Under the pieces are notes generated by a model, which was not told the DNA's origin, did not search any database, and saw only the letters and a list, made by a program, of their open reading frames with translations. Below are positions 45,669 to 54,928 of a stretch of DNA of 64,000 nucleotides, in pieces. Origin of the DNA: Candidatus Krumholzibacteriia bacterium (GTDB lineage: Bacteria; Krumholzibacteriota; Krumholzibacteriia; LZORAL124-64-63); contig JAWKQQ010000022.1 in NCBI GenBank assembly GCA_041390065.1, positions 3,192 to 67,191 of the forward strand, written 5' to 3'. Position numbers and translations under genes: made by a program. Numbering within the stretch: the first letter of the stretch is position 1; every line of letters begins with the position of its first letter.

Positions 45669-45743
45669 CCCGTGGTATGCTCCCTGGACTCCGGCCGGGG
45701 GACGCGCCGGAGGTTGCCACCCCGCCTGCCTCGAGGAGCCCGC

Positions 45744-47771
45744 ATGCCGCGCATCCTGGTGTCTCTGTCTGCGTTGACGGTGGTCTGCGCCTGCCTGGCC
45801 GCCGCTGCGATCGCCGCGCCTGACCGACCGCTGCCCCATGGCCCGCTCACCCGTCTGGACTGGGAGGGCAAGGCCCTGTCCGACAAGGGGCCGGAGGAGG
45901 GCGACTTCACCCCCGGCAGCGAACGCTACGATATCCTGCGCACCACGCTGCGCCTGCGATTCGAGGTGCCGGAGCCGGGCGTGGGCCGGATCGCGGGCGA
46001 GGTCACCCACGTGTTCGCCAGCCTCGACGACACCCTGCAGACGGTGATCCTCGACCTCGCCAGCGGCTACGGCCTGACGGTCGGCGAGGTCACGCGCAAC
46101 GCCCTGGCGTTGCCCTTCGTCCATGCCGACGATGCGCTCCTGATCCGTCTGCCGGCGCCCCTGGCCGCCGGGACCGAGGACAGCCTGACCGTACGCTGGG
46201 AGGGCATCCCGTCGGCGCCGCAAACGCGCCGCGGACTCTGGCTCGAGAACCACGCGCCCGGCGACGAGAACTGGACGATGGCCACCATGAGCCAGCCGGC
46301 CTACGCCAAGTACTGGTGGCCGTGCAAGGACCGTCCCGACGACAAGATCGACCAGCTTCTCGAGGTCTACACCGTGCCGGAGCCGCGGCTGGCCGCCGGC
46401 CAGGGCCTGCTCGTCGGACAGGCCGCCGCGGACCCGGGGTACACCACCTTCACCTGGTTCTCGCAGTACCCGATCGCCAGCTACCTGGTCTCCGCGGCCG
46501 TGAGCAACTACGTCCTCTGGCAGGAGACCTGCACCACCACCGGCGGCACCAGCCTGCCGATCCTGAACTTCGTCTATCCCGAGGACGACGCCGACTCCCG
46601 CGTCGACTTCGCTCCCACCTGCGAGATGATTCAGCTGGGCGAGGACCGCTTCGGCGTCTATCCGTTCGCCCTCGAGAAGTACGGCCACGCGCAGTTCGAG
46701 TGGTCCGGCGCCATGGAACACCAGACCTGCACCAGCTACGGCATCAACCTCACCGGCTTCGGCCTGGCCGAGAACATCGTCATGCACGAGCTGGCTCATC
46801 AGTGGTTCGGCGACAGCCTGACGCCCCGCACCTGGGCCGACATCTGGCTCAACGAGGGCTTCGCCACCTACAGCGAGGCCCTGTGGGTCGAGGCGCAGGA
46901 GGGGGCCGACGCCTACTTCGCCTACATGCGTGACGCGCGCGGCGCCTTCGACTGGGTGGGCGCGGGCCCGGTCTACGACCCGGTGCCCGTGTTCCCGGGC
47001 CGGGTGATCTACGACAAGGGCTCGCTCATCCTCCACATGCTGCGCGGACGCCTCGGCGACGCCGACTTCTTCGACCTCCTGCAGGACTGGGCCCAGGCTC
47101 CCACGCGCCGTCTGCGGACCGTCACCACCGAGGAGTTCATCGCCCTGGCCGCGGCGTACGCCGGCGAGGACCTCGACCCGTTCTTCTGGCCCTACCTGAC
47201 GACCGACGTGGTGCCCGAACTGGTGCTCACCGACCGGATCACCGGCGGACCCGCCGTGCCCGACACCGTGCGCGTGACCGTCACCCAGACCCAGGAGCCG
47301 CTCTTCGACCTGAACGTGCCGGTGCACCTCGACCTCGGCGCCGAGACCCTCGTGCGCACCGTCGAGCTGCGCGGCGCCGAGGCGACCGCCACGTTCGTCC
47401 TGCCGACCGCCGACCAGACGGTCCGACGGGTGCTGCTGGATCCCGAAGGCTGGCTGTTCGCCAACACCCGCGTGGCGGCGGCCGAGCAGCCGGGCCTGGT
47501 GCGGGTGTACCCCAACCCGGCCCGCGACGACTGGGTCGTGTTCCGCTACCGCCTGGCCACGACCGCCGACGTCGGCGTGAAGGTCTACGACGTGCGTGGG
47601 CGGCTGGTGTTCGAGCGCGACCTCGGCCTCGTCGTCCCCGACGCGGCGGGCAATCAGTTCGCCTGGGATTGCCACGCCTCGCGCGGCGGACGGGCCGCCA
47701 GCGGCGTCTACTGGGCCGCCATCACCATCGACGGGCGTCGGACGGTGCAGAAGTTCACCGTGTTCCGCTGA
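45744..47771 (+). CDS. Secreted M1-family zinc aminopeptidase with FlgD-Ig/T9SS-like C-terminal domain
   Basis: Met25 of track ORF 45672..47771, after GAGGAG. Signal peptide present. GAMEHQ, HELAHQWFGD...WLNEGFATY are present. The C-terminus is VYPNPARDDWVVFRY...VKVYDVRGRLV...SGVYWAAITIDGRRTVQKFTVFR. Confidence 0.88.
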   Translation: MPRILVSLSALTVVCACLAAAAIAAPDRPLPHGPLTRLDWEGKALSDKGPEEGDFTPGSERYDILRTTLRLRFEVPEPGVGRIAGEVTHVFASLDDTLQTVILDLASGYGLTVGEVTRNALALPFVHADDALLIRLPAPLAAGTEDSLTVRWEGIPSAPQTRRGLWLENHAPGDENWTMATMSQPAYAKYWWPCKDRPDDKIDQLLEVYTVPEPRLAAGQGLLVGQAAADPGYTTFTWFSQYPIASYLVSAAVSNYVLWQETCTTTGGTSLPILNFVYPEDDADSRVDFAPTCEMIQLGEDRFGVYPFALEKYGHAQFEWSGAMEHQTCTSYGINLTGFGLAENIVMHELAHQWFGDSLTPRTWADIWLNEGFATYSEALWVEAQEGADAYFAYMRDARGAFDWVGAGPVYDPVPVFPGRVIYDKGSLILHMLRGRLGDADFFDLLQDWAQAPTRRLRTVTTEEFIALAAAYAGEDLDPFFWPYLTTDVVPELVLTDRITGGPAVPDTVRVTVTQTQEPLFDLNVPVHLDLGAETLVRTVELRGAEATATFVLPTADQTVRRVLLDPEGWLFANTRVAAAEQPGLVRVYPNPARDDWVVFRYRLATTADVGVKVYDVRGRLVFERDLGLVVPDAAGNQFAWDCHASRGGRAASGVYWAAITIDGRRTVQKFTVFR

Positions 47772-47859
47772 CCGACGGGGTTTGCCTGGACGCCACGCTC
47801 TCCGTAATGTCATGCGCCCCAAGGATGACATTCAGCCCACCGCGCCGAGGAGGGAGAGC

Positions 47860-50262
47860 ATGGTGCGATCGCTGAGGTATCTCCTGGTGTGCGCGACGGT
47901 CGGGAGCGCGGCGCTCGTCGCCGGCTGTTCCGTACGCCACCATTCGTTCCTGTCCGAGACGGACCTGGCCGCGGCCAGCGTCGATTCGGTTTCCCTGGAC
48001 GACTTCCTGGCGCTGGCGCCGGCCGACCGGGCGCTTCGCGCCGAACGGGCCGAGGCCGCGCTCAAACCGCTGGCCGAGATCGAGTCAGCCCAGGCTGCCC
48101 TCGATCGGCTGCTCAGCGCACCTCTGGTGCACACCCCGTCGCCTCAGTACCGCAACCTGCCGGCCCTCGGCGACGTGATCGAGCACCTCGACGCGTCGAT
48201 CGGGCTGGACCCCTCGCGCGCCGATCTCTGGCTCGTCCGCGGTCGCTTGCTCGACCTGGCGGGCGACCGCCGCCGGGCGCGACAGAGCCTCGCCATGGCC
48301 TGGGAGGTTCAGACCCGGGTGCCGGAGCAACGGCGCGATGCCGGGGTTCTCCGGCGCGATATCGCGGTCACCGCGGCCTGGATCGAGCGCGACGCGGGCT
48401 GGTGGGACCCGGGCCTGGCCTGGCTGGACCGGGCGGCCGACGACTTCGGGACCGACGACAGCGAGGCCATCTTGCTGCGCGGGCTGCTGCTGGCCGGCCG
48501 GGGCGACCTCGAGGAGGCCATGCGCCTGTCGTACCGGCTGCCGCCCGTCGAGCTGCCGGTCGTCAGCGACCTCGGCCTCACCGGCTTCCTGGGTCTGAAG
48601 CGACAGAAGAGCGACATGCTCAAGCGCTGGCTCCAGGCCGAGGTCTGGATGCGCCGCGGCGAGCCCGACCTGGCCTGGAACGTGCTCGGCGAGATCCCCT
48701 ACTGGCGCCGCATCACGGTCATCCCGCACCGGCTGTACCAGGATATCGGGTTGTACTACGAGCTCGGCGGCCTGCCCGACCGGGCCAACTTCTTCTACGC
48801 CCTGGCCTACGTCCGCCGCGAGTACCGGCGGTCCACCATGCCCGTGCCGCTGGCCTGCGATCCGGTCATCCGCGGCCTCCCGGACGCGAGGCTCAACTTC
48901 TACCGCCTGGATTCGGGCGCCTTCCACGGCGGTTCGCTGACCGCCTTCGCGGCGTCGACGACGATGCTCGCGCTCGTGCGCGGCGAAGGTGGTGCGAGCG
49001 ACCAGTCCTACCTGCTGGCCACCGAGGCGCTGGAGACCTGCCTGCGGCGCGGCATTCACCCGGCCGAGGCCCTGGCCCTGCGGGGGCGCTTGCGATTCTC
49101 GCGGGGACACTACGTCCTGGCGGAGATGGACCTGGCCGAGGCCCGAGCCCGCTTCGCCGGGCAGAACGAGATCGAACCCTGGACCAGCTACCTCCTGGGG
49201 CTGATCGCCATGGGCCGCGATCGGGCCGAGGAAGCCACGGGGTTCCTGGAGGAGAGCCTGGCCGTCGACGACCGTCGCGCCGGCGCCTGGGACGCGCTCG
49301 GGGTGGCCCGCCTGCAACTCGGCAAGCGCGCCGAGGCCCGCGCCGCGTTCGACCGCGCGGTCGAGCTCGATCCGCAGCTCGCGACCGCCTGGTTCAACCG
49401 CGGGCTCCTGCGGAGCCAGGAGGGCGACCTCGCCGCCGGCGTGGCCGATTTCGAACAGGCCGCCCAGCTGGCGCCGGACAATCCGGAGATCGGCCGGATC
49501 ATCCAGCTGGCGCGCCTCGCCCAGCGCGAGGGTCGCAGCTTCCTGCCCGGGCTCGGCCCCGGCGGCCGCTGGCAGCCGGCCGAGGTCGAGGTGATGGCTC
49601 ACGAGGGCAGCAGGTTCGCGCCCGCGGCCGTGGGCGGCCGCGAGGCCTGGCGTGGCCGTCTGGGCGAGTTGATCGACGACATCATGGCGGAGACCGGCCA
49701 GCAGGCCCGGGCCGACGGACTGGATGCCGCGGCCCTGCGCACCCTGTCCGCGGCCTACGATGCGGACCCGACGCCGCGGCGTCGCAAGCTGCTGGCCCAC
49801 GCCCTGGTGTGGCTCGACCTGCCGGAGGCGGCGCGGGATCTGCTCGCGCCGTTCTGGGGCCGCGACCTGGACAACGACGAGGTCTTCCTGCTGCTCTGGC
49901 TCGATCAGCGCGCCGGTGAACAGTCGCGCCTCCGCGAGCTGGCGGCGGCCATGGGCAAGACGCTCGACCTGGAGGTCGGCCGCTTCGACTGGCAGGGGCT
50001 CTTGAGCTTGCTCAACGAGCGGGACGATCCGGTCTACACCGGCCCGACCACCTTCGCCCGGTACGACGTGGAGCAGATGTCCACGTCCTACGGCGCCCTC
50101 TGGAACGTCTGGCTCAACCGCCAGGCGGACGCGATCCTGCTGGGCTACGGCGACCGCGACGGCAACCTGCTCGTCGATCCGCGCGGCCGTAGCTACAGCT
50201 TCCCGCGGGGCGGCGAGGGCCGCCACCGCGCCAACGCTTCGGCGCAGAGCCTGGGCAAGTGA
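47860..50262 (+). CDS. Large TPR-repeat lipoprotein of unknown function
   Basis: Met89 of track ORF 47596..50262, after GAGGAGGGA. Lipobox LVAGCS. TPR-like segments are present (GAWDALGVARLQLGKRAEARAAFDRAVELDPQLATAWFNRGLL...). Confidence 0.65.
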   Translation: MVRSLRYLLVCATVGSAALVAGCSVRHHSFLSETDLAAASVDSVSLDDFLALAPADRALRAERAEAALKPLAEIESAQAALDRLLSAPLVHTPSPQYRNLPALGDVIEHLDASIGLDPSRADLWLVRGRLLDLAGDRRRARQSLAMAWEVQTRVPEQRRDAGVLRRDIAVTAAWIERDAGWWDPGLAWLDRAADDFGTDDSEAILLRGLLLAGRGDLEEAMRLSYRLPPVELPVVSDLGLTGFLGLKRQKSDMLKRWLQAEVWMRRGEPDLAWNVLGEIPYWRRITVIPHRLYQDIGLYYELGGLPDRANFFYALAYVRREYRRSTMPVPLACDPVIRGLPDARLNFYRLDSGAFHGGSLTAFAASTTMLALVRGEGGASDQSYLLATEALETCLRRGIHPAEALALRGRLRFSRGHYVLAEMDLAEARARFAGQNEIEPWTSYLLGLIAMGRDRAEEATGFLEESLAVDDRRAGAWDALGVARLQLGKRAEARAAFDRAVELDPQLATAWFNRGLLRSQEGDLAAGVADFEQAAQLAPDNPEIGRIIQLARLAQREGRSFLPGLGPGGRWQPAEVEVMAHEGSRFAPAAVGGREAWRGRLGELIDDIMAETGQQARADGLDAAALRTLSAAYDADPTPRRRKLLAHALVWLDLPEAARDLLAPFWGRDLDNDEVFLLLWLDQRAGEQSRLRELAAAMGKTLDLEVGRFDWQGLLSLLNERDDPVYTGPTTFARYDVEQMSTSYGALWNVWLNRQADAILLGYGDRDGNLLVDPRGRSYSFPRGGEGRHRANASAQSLGK

Positions 50263-50269
50263 CGGTCCT

Positions 50270-51814
50270 TCACGACGCGTCGGCCGTCGAATCGGCCGGC
50301 GCGTCGGCCACCGCCCAGGCGGTGCGGAAGGCCAGGCGCACCAGCTCGGTGTAGAGATCCCGGTTGAGCGTCTCCGGCGTGTCGCTGGGCTGGTGCAGGT
50401 GCGGGTAGCTGTTGGTGGTCACCCAGTAGAGGGTCGGGATGCCGGCCTCGTAGAACGGGGTGGCGTCGGCTCCGCCGCCGCTCCAGGTGTCGGCGACCAT
50501 CAGGCGGGCGCCAGCACGATCGAGGTCGCGGGCCAGCTGCCAGTGCGCCGGGTCGCTCTCGCCGCCGCCCACGCGGATCGAATCGCCGCAGGCCACGCAA
50601 TCCAGGTTGAACATGGCGGTGACGTGGTCGGCGGCGACCGTCGGATGCCCGACGTAGTAGCGCGCGCCCACGAGCCCGGATTCCTCACCGGCGAACAGCA
50701 CGAAGACCACGCTCCGGCGCGGGCGCACCTGCGCGCTGCTGAAGGCCTCGGCCAGGCGCAGGACGGCGGCGGCGCCGCTGGCGTTGTCGTTGGCGCCGGG
50801 AAAGTAGAGGTACGGCCCCTGGCGGCCGACGTGGTCGAGGTGGGCGCCGATCACCAGGACCTCGTCCTTCAGCAGCGGATCGCGGCCCGGCAGGCGGGCG
50901 ACGACGTTGCAGGTCTGGCGGGCGGGGTCGTAGCTGGCCTCGACGGCGATCGCGGCCCGTGCGTCGAGCGGACGGGAGGCGGGAACACGGGTCGAGTCGA
51001 TGCGGGCCTGGAGGCGGGCGCCGGCGCCCGTACCGCCGAGCAGGCGGTCGGCCAGGGCGTGGTCGATCTCCAGCTGCGGCAGGTCGGGCAGGTGCTCGCC
51101 CGGGCCATGCAGGACGCTGCCGATGGGGCCGTGGTCAGGACCGTCCTGGGCCTCGGCGTGCGGCACCTCGAACCACAGCATGGCCAGCGCACCGTGGTCG
51201 CCCGCCGTCCGGGCCTTGGCCCGCGGCGTGCTGCTGGCCCAGTCCCAGGCCACGGAGTCGGGCGACCACTGCGGGTTGCGCTTGAACACCAGCACGACCT
51301 TGCCGGCGACGTCGAGGTCGGCGTAGTCGTCGTAGCCGCGGGCGGGGGCGCTCAGGCCGTAGCCGGCGAACACGACGGGCGCGGTGACGGTGCCGCTGCC
51401 GGTGAAGCCGCGGCAGACGAAGTCTCGCCCCAGCACGGCGGCTTCGGTCTCGCCGCCGACGGTGACCGTCAGGCGCGGGGTGCCGAGGATCGCGTTGTGC
51501 TCGATGGGCAGCCGCTGCAGGTAGCCGCCGTCGTCCCCGGCGGGACGCAGCTTGAGCCGGTCGAAGCGGCGTGCGGCCCAGCGGGCGGCGGCTTCGTAGC
51601 CGGGGTCGCCGGCCAGGCGGCCCGCGAACGCGGGCTGGGTCAGGGTGGTGACGTCGGCCATCAGGGCCTGGCCGGTGATCGTGGCCAGGCCACGGGAGAC
51701 CGCGTCGGTGCGGGTGGACTGGCAGGCGGCCAGGACCAGCAGGCAGACCAGCACGGACGTCAGCGGGCGGACAACGGACCATGGACGCACGGGGCACCTC
51801 CAGGGAGCTGGCAC
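50270..51814 (-). CDS. M28-family metallopeptidase lipoprotein (PA domain plus aminopeptidase domain)
   Basis: Track ORF of 514 aa. Lipobox LLVLAACQ. VIGAHLDHVG, NDNASGAAAVL, FAGEESGLVGARYY and HQPSD are present. Confidence 0.85.
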   Translation of the reverse strand: MPAPWRCPVRPWSVVRPLTSVLVCLLVLAACQSTRTDAVSRGLATITGQALMADVTTLTQPAFAGRLAGDPGYEAAARWAARRFDRLKLRPAGDDGGYLQRLPIEHNAILGTPRLTVTVGGETEAAVLGRDFVCRGFTGSGTVTAPVVFAGYGLSAPARGYDDYADLDVAGKVVLVFKRNPQWSPDSVAWDWASSTPRAKARTAGDHGALAMLWFEVPHAEAQDGPDHGPIGSVLHGPGEHLPDLPQLEIDHALADRLLGGTGAGARLQARIDSTRVPASRPLDARAAIAVEASYDPARQTCNVVARLPGRDPLLKDEVLVIGAHLDHVGRQGPYLYFPGANDNASGAAAVLRLAEAFSSAQVRPRRSVVFVLFAGEESGLVGARYYVGHPTVAADHVTAMFNLDCVACGDSIRVGGGESDPAHWQLARDLDRAGARLMVADTWSGGGADATPFYEAGIPTLYWVTTNSYPHLHQPSDTPETLNRDLYTELVRLAFRTAWAVADAPADSTADAS

Positions 51815-51978
51815 GGGATCCTCGGGTCGACGCGCTCAGATATAGCGGCCACGGTTCTCGCGGTCAAACCTGCTCGCAGATGGATCCGTGGAGGATCGGG
51901 TTCCCGGATCGGCCCGGAGCGTGCTATCCTCGTGACGATCGATCAAGAAAACCGACTCCCGGCGTTCCGGAGACCCAC

Positions 51979-54210
51979 ATGCGCCGCATCATGTCCGCCG
52001 TCCTCGCCGTCTCGCTGCTGGCCGCCGCCACGGCCCTCGCCGTCCCGGTCACCTTCCAGGTCCGCATGGCCTATCAGGTGGAGCTCGGCGTCTTCGATCC
52101 GGCCGTGGACTCGGTCGATCTGGCCGGCACCTTCAACGGCTGGGGCGATCCCCTGATCCCGCTGGCCGACGCCGACGCCGACACCACCTACTCCGTCACC
52201 GTGGACGGCTTCGCGGCCGGCCAGGCGATCGAGTTCAAGTTCCGCATCAACGGCCAGTGGGACGGCAGCGAGGAGTTCCCGGGCGGCGGCCCCAACCGCC
52301 AGTACACGGTGCAACCGTCGGACAACGAGATCCTGGTCTGGTACGGCGACCAGGTGTCCCACGAACTCGAACTCGGAGAGCTCGCCTGGTGGAACGACAC
52401 CGTCTTCTACGAGCTGTTCGTGCGCAGCTTCCACGACTCCGACGGCGACGGCATCGGCGACTTCCAGGGCCTCATCCAGAAGCTCGACTACCTCAACGAC
52501 GGCGACCCGGCCACCGACACCGACCTCGGCGTCACCGGCCTGTGGTTGATGCCGATCAACGACTCGCCCAGCTACCATGGCTACGACGTGACCGACTACC
52601 GCGGCGTCAACCCGGACTACGGCACCCTGGCCGACTTCGAGGAGTTCCTCGCGGCCGCCCATGCGCGGGGCATCAAGGTGATCATCGACGATGTCATGAA
52701 CCACTGCTCCAGCCAGCACCCGTGGTTCACCGCGGCGGCGGCCGGCAATCCGGCCACCCGCGACTGGTTCCGCTGGTCCGCCGGCAATCCCGGCCAGACC
52801 GGGCCCTGGGGGCAGGTCGTCTGGCACTGGCACCCTTCGGGCTACTACTACGGCCTCTTCGGAGACGGCATGCCCGACCTCAACTACGAGACCCCCGCCG
52901 TCAAGGCCGAGATGTTCGACACCGCCGCCTGGTGGCTGGACACCGTGGGCGTGGACGGCTTCCGGCTCGACGCCGTCCTCTACATCTTCGAGGACGGCGA
53001 CCAGTTGCAGAACACGCCGGCCACCTTCCAGTTCTGGCACGACTTCAACGCGCACATCAAGGCCGTGGCGCCGGACGCCCTGTCCGTGGGCGAGGCGTGG
53101 ACGAACACGGGCACGGTGCTGCAGTACGTCAGCGACGATCGCCTCGACCTCTGCTTCGAGTTCGAGCTGGCCGGCGCCACCCTGGGCGCCGTCAACGCGG
53201 GCGACGCCGGCTACCTCGCCGCGAAGGCGCGCAGCGTCCACGACGTCTACCCCTATCTGCAGTTCGCCACCTTCCTGACGAATCACGACCAGGACCGCGT
53301 CTTCACCGTCCTCGGCGAGGATGAGGGCAAGAACCGCGTGGCGGCCGGCATCTACCTCACCTTGCCCGGCGTTCCGTTCCTCTACTACGGCGAGGAGATC
53401 GGCATGGTGGGCAGCGGCGCCCATGAGTTCATCCGCAGCCCCATGCAGTGGGACGGCGGTCCGGGTGCCGGGTTCACCACCGGCGTGCCCTGGCAGCCGC
53501 TCAACGGCAACTACCCGCAGTACAACGTCGCCGACGAGCAGCAGGATCCCGGGTCGCTCTGGCGCTGGTACCGCCAGCTGATCGACGTGCGGCGCGCGAC
53601 GCCGGCCCTGCGGCGCGGGGAGTTCCTGGCCCTGGAGAGCTCGGCCGGGGCGGTGCTCGCGTTCCTGCGGCGAGACGCCGGGCGGACGGTGCTGTGCGTG
53701 GCGAACACCGGCGCCGCCGCGCAGCCGTCGCTGGCGTTGACCGGGTCGGCCGACGCGCTGACGCCCGGCGAGCACGGGCTGATCAACCTGCTCGACCCGG
53801 ACGACACGCCGCTGGTGTCGGTGAGTTCGGCGTTCGCGTTGACCGGGCTGTCGCTGGCGGGCTACGAGGTGGCCGTCTACCGGTTCACGAGCGCCACCGG
53901 GGTGCAGCCGGACGGGAGCCCGCTGCCGGGTGCGCGGATCCGCCTGGAGCAGAACGTTCCGAACCCCTTCAATCCGGCCACCCGCATCCGCTACGCGCTG
54001 AGCGACGCCGGCAACGCGCGCCTGGCGGTCTTCGACCTGGCTGGCCGGCAGGTGGCCGTGCTCTGGGATGGGGTGCAGGCGGCCGGGACGCACACCGCGC
54101 GCTGGGACGGCCGTGACCACGCGGGGCGGTCGGTGGGCGCGGGCGTCTACCTGGCCCGCCTGGAAGCTGGCGGCGAGACGACGTCCATGAAGCTGGTGCT
54201 CGCGCGATAG
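51979..54210 (+). CDS. Secreted GH13 alpha-amylase-family enzyme with N-terminal carbohydrate-binding module and FlgD-Ig/T9SS-like C-terminal domain
   Basis: Met67 of track ORF 51781..54210. LWLMPINDSPSYHGYDVTDY, DVMNHCS, GFRLDAV, VGEAW and FLTNHDQDR are present. The C-terminus is NVPNPFNPATRIRYAL...LAVFDLAGRQVAVL...GVYLARLEAGGETTSMKLVLAR. Confidence 0.9.
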   Translation: MRRIMSAVLAVSLLAAATALAVPVTFQVRMAYQVELGVFDPAVDSVDLAGTFNGWGDPLIPLADADADTTYSVTVDGFAAGQAIEFKFRINGQWDGSEEFPGGGPNRQYTVQPSDNEILVWYGDQVSHELELGELAWWNDTVFYELFVRSFHDSDGDGIGDFQGLIQKLDYLNDGDPATDTDLGVTGLWLMPINDSPSYHGYDVTDYRGVNPDYGTLADFEEFLAAAHARGIKVIIDDVMNHCSSQHPWFTAAAAGNPATRDWFRWSAGNPGQTGPWGQVVWHWHPSGYYYGLFGDGMPDLNYETPAVKAEMFDTAAWWLDTVGVDGFRLDAVLYIFEDGDQLQNTPATFQFWHDFNAHIKAVAPDALSVGEAWTNTGTVLQYVSDDRLDLCFEFELAGATLGAVNAGDAGYLAAKARSVHDVYPYLQFATFLTNHDQDRVFTVLGEDEGKNRVAAGIYLTLPGVPFLYYGEEIGMVGSGAHEFIRSPMQWDGGPGAGFTTGVPWQPLNGNYPQYNVADEQQDPGSLWRWYRQLIDVRRATPALRRGEFLALESSAGAVLAFLRRDAGRTVLCVANTGAAAQPSLALTGSADALTPGEHGLINLLDPDDTPLVSVSSAFALTGLSLAGYEVAVYRFTSATGVQPDGSPLPGARIRLEQNVPNPFNPATRIRYALSDAGNARLAVFDLAGRQVAVLWDGVQAAGTHTARWDGRDHAGRSVGAGVYLARLEAGGETTSMKLVLAR

Positions 54211-54274
54211 GGCGAAGAACGGCGGCGGGAATCCTGACGACCGCAAGCTCCGCCCGCCGGAGCGGCCCTCCCGG

Positions 54275-54745
54275 TCACGCTCGTGGTCGCGTCGGCGTAG
54301 CCTGGACGAGCGACCCCACCGTCTCCCGCAGTTCCAACGGCTGCCGGGCGCCGGACGGTCCGACGGACTCGGACCACGGCACGGTGCCGTCCTTGCCGAT
54401 GAGCACGGTCGCACGGTCGGAGATGGAGGCTTGCCCGAGCCAGACGCCGTACTTCCGGGAGACCTCGCCCTTGGGGTGGAAATCGGCCAGCAGCGGGACG
54501 TCGATCCGCTCGAAGCTCTTGGGCCGCGCCATGGGTCCTTCCGCGACGATCTCGGCCAGACCTCGGGCACCGCTCGGGGCCTGGCGTCTCCCACCGCATG
54601 CCGCAATTCATGCCGCCGGTTGATCGTCAGCCGGGGCTGATGGTGGAGCCGCGAGCCGGCCATGCCGCGCGGCGTAAGCCCGTCGGCGTCCAGACTCCTC
54701 GGCCCGGCGCAGCGTGGCCAGCCTGCGGTGTCGTCGCGGGGGACC
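54275..54745 (-). pseudogene. bcp: Bcp/AhpC-TSA-type peroxiredoxin, frame-broken N-terminal half; 5-prime end not resolved
   Basis: Track ORF 54275..54532 gives the C-terminal half (IDVPLLADFHPKGEVSRKYGV...DRATVLIGKDGTV). Upstream pieces in other frames read LDADGLTPRG, PADDQP and GGMNC, resembling the FYPxDDTPGC region. No start codon could be assigned. Confidence 0.5.
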
Positions 54746-54757
54746 GGGGGCCGCCGC

Positions 54758-54919
54758 TCAGCTCTTCGGTTGCTCGGCGCCGGCCGCCAGGCTCCGCTGG
54801 TAGGCCTTCCAGCCCGGGCACCAGGTGGTGTGCCATCGCCAGAGCCGGGCCAGCAACGACCCGGGCCTCGCCTCCGCCCGTCGGCGCCACCTGCAGGCCT
54901 CGCAGCCGGATGCCGCCAT
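54758..54919 (-). CDS. Small Cys/Trp-rich hypothetical protein, 53 aa (below the ORF-track cutoff)
   Basis: Hand translation: MAASGCEACRWRRRAEARPGSLLARLWRWHTTWCPGWKAYQRSLAAGAEQPKS*. The ATG at 54919 lies 5 nt after GGAGG and 9 nt after the gatD stop. No family was recognised with confidence. Confidence 0.4.
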   Translation of the reverse strand: MAASGCEACRWRRRAEARPGSLLARLWRWHTTWCPGWKAYQRSLAAGAEQPKS

Positions 54920-54928
54920 GACCGCCTC

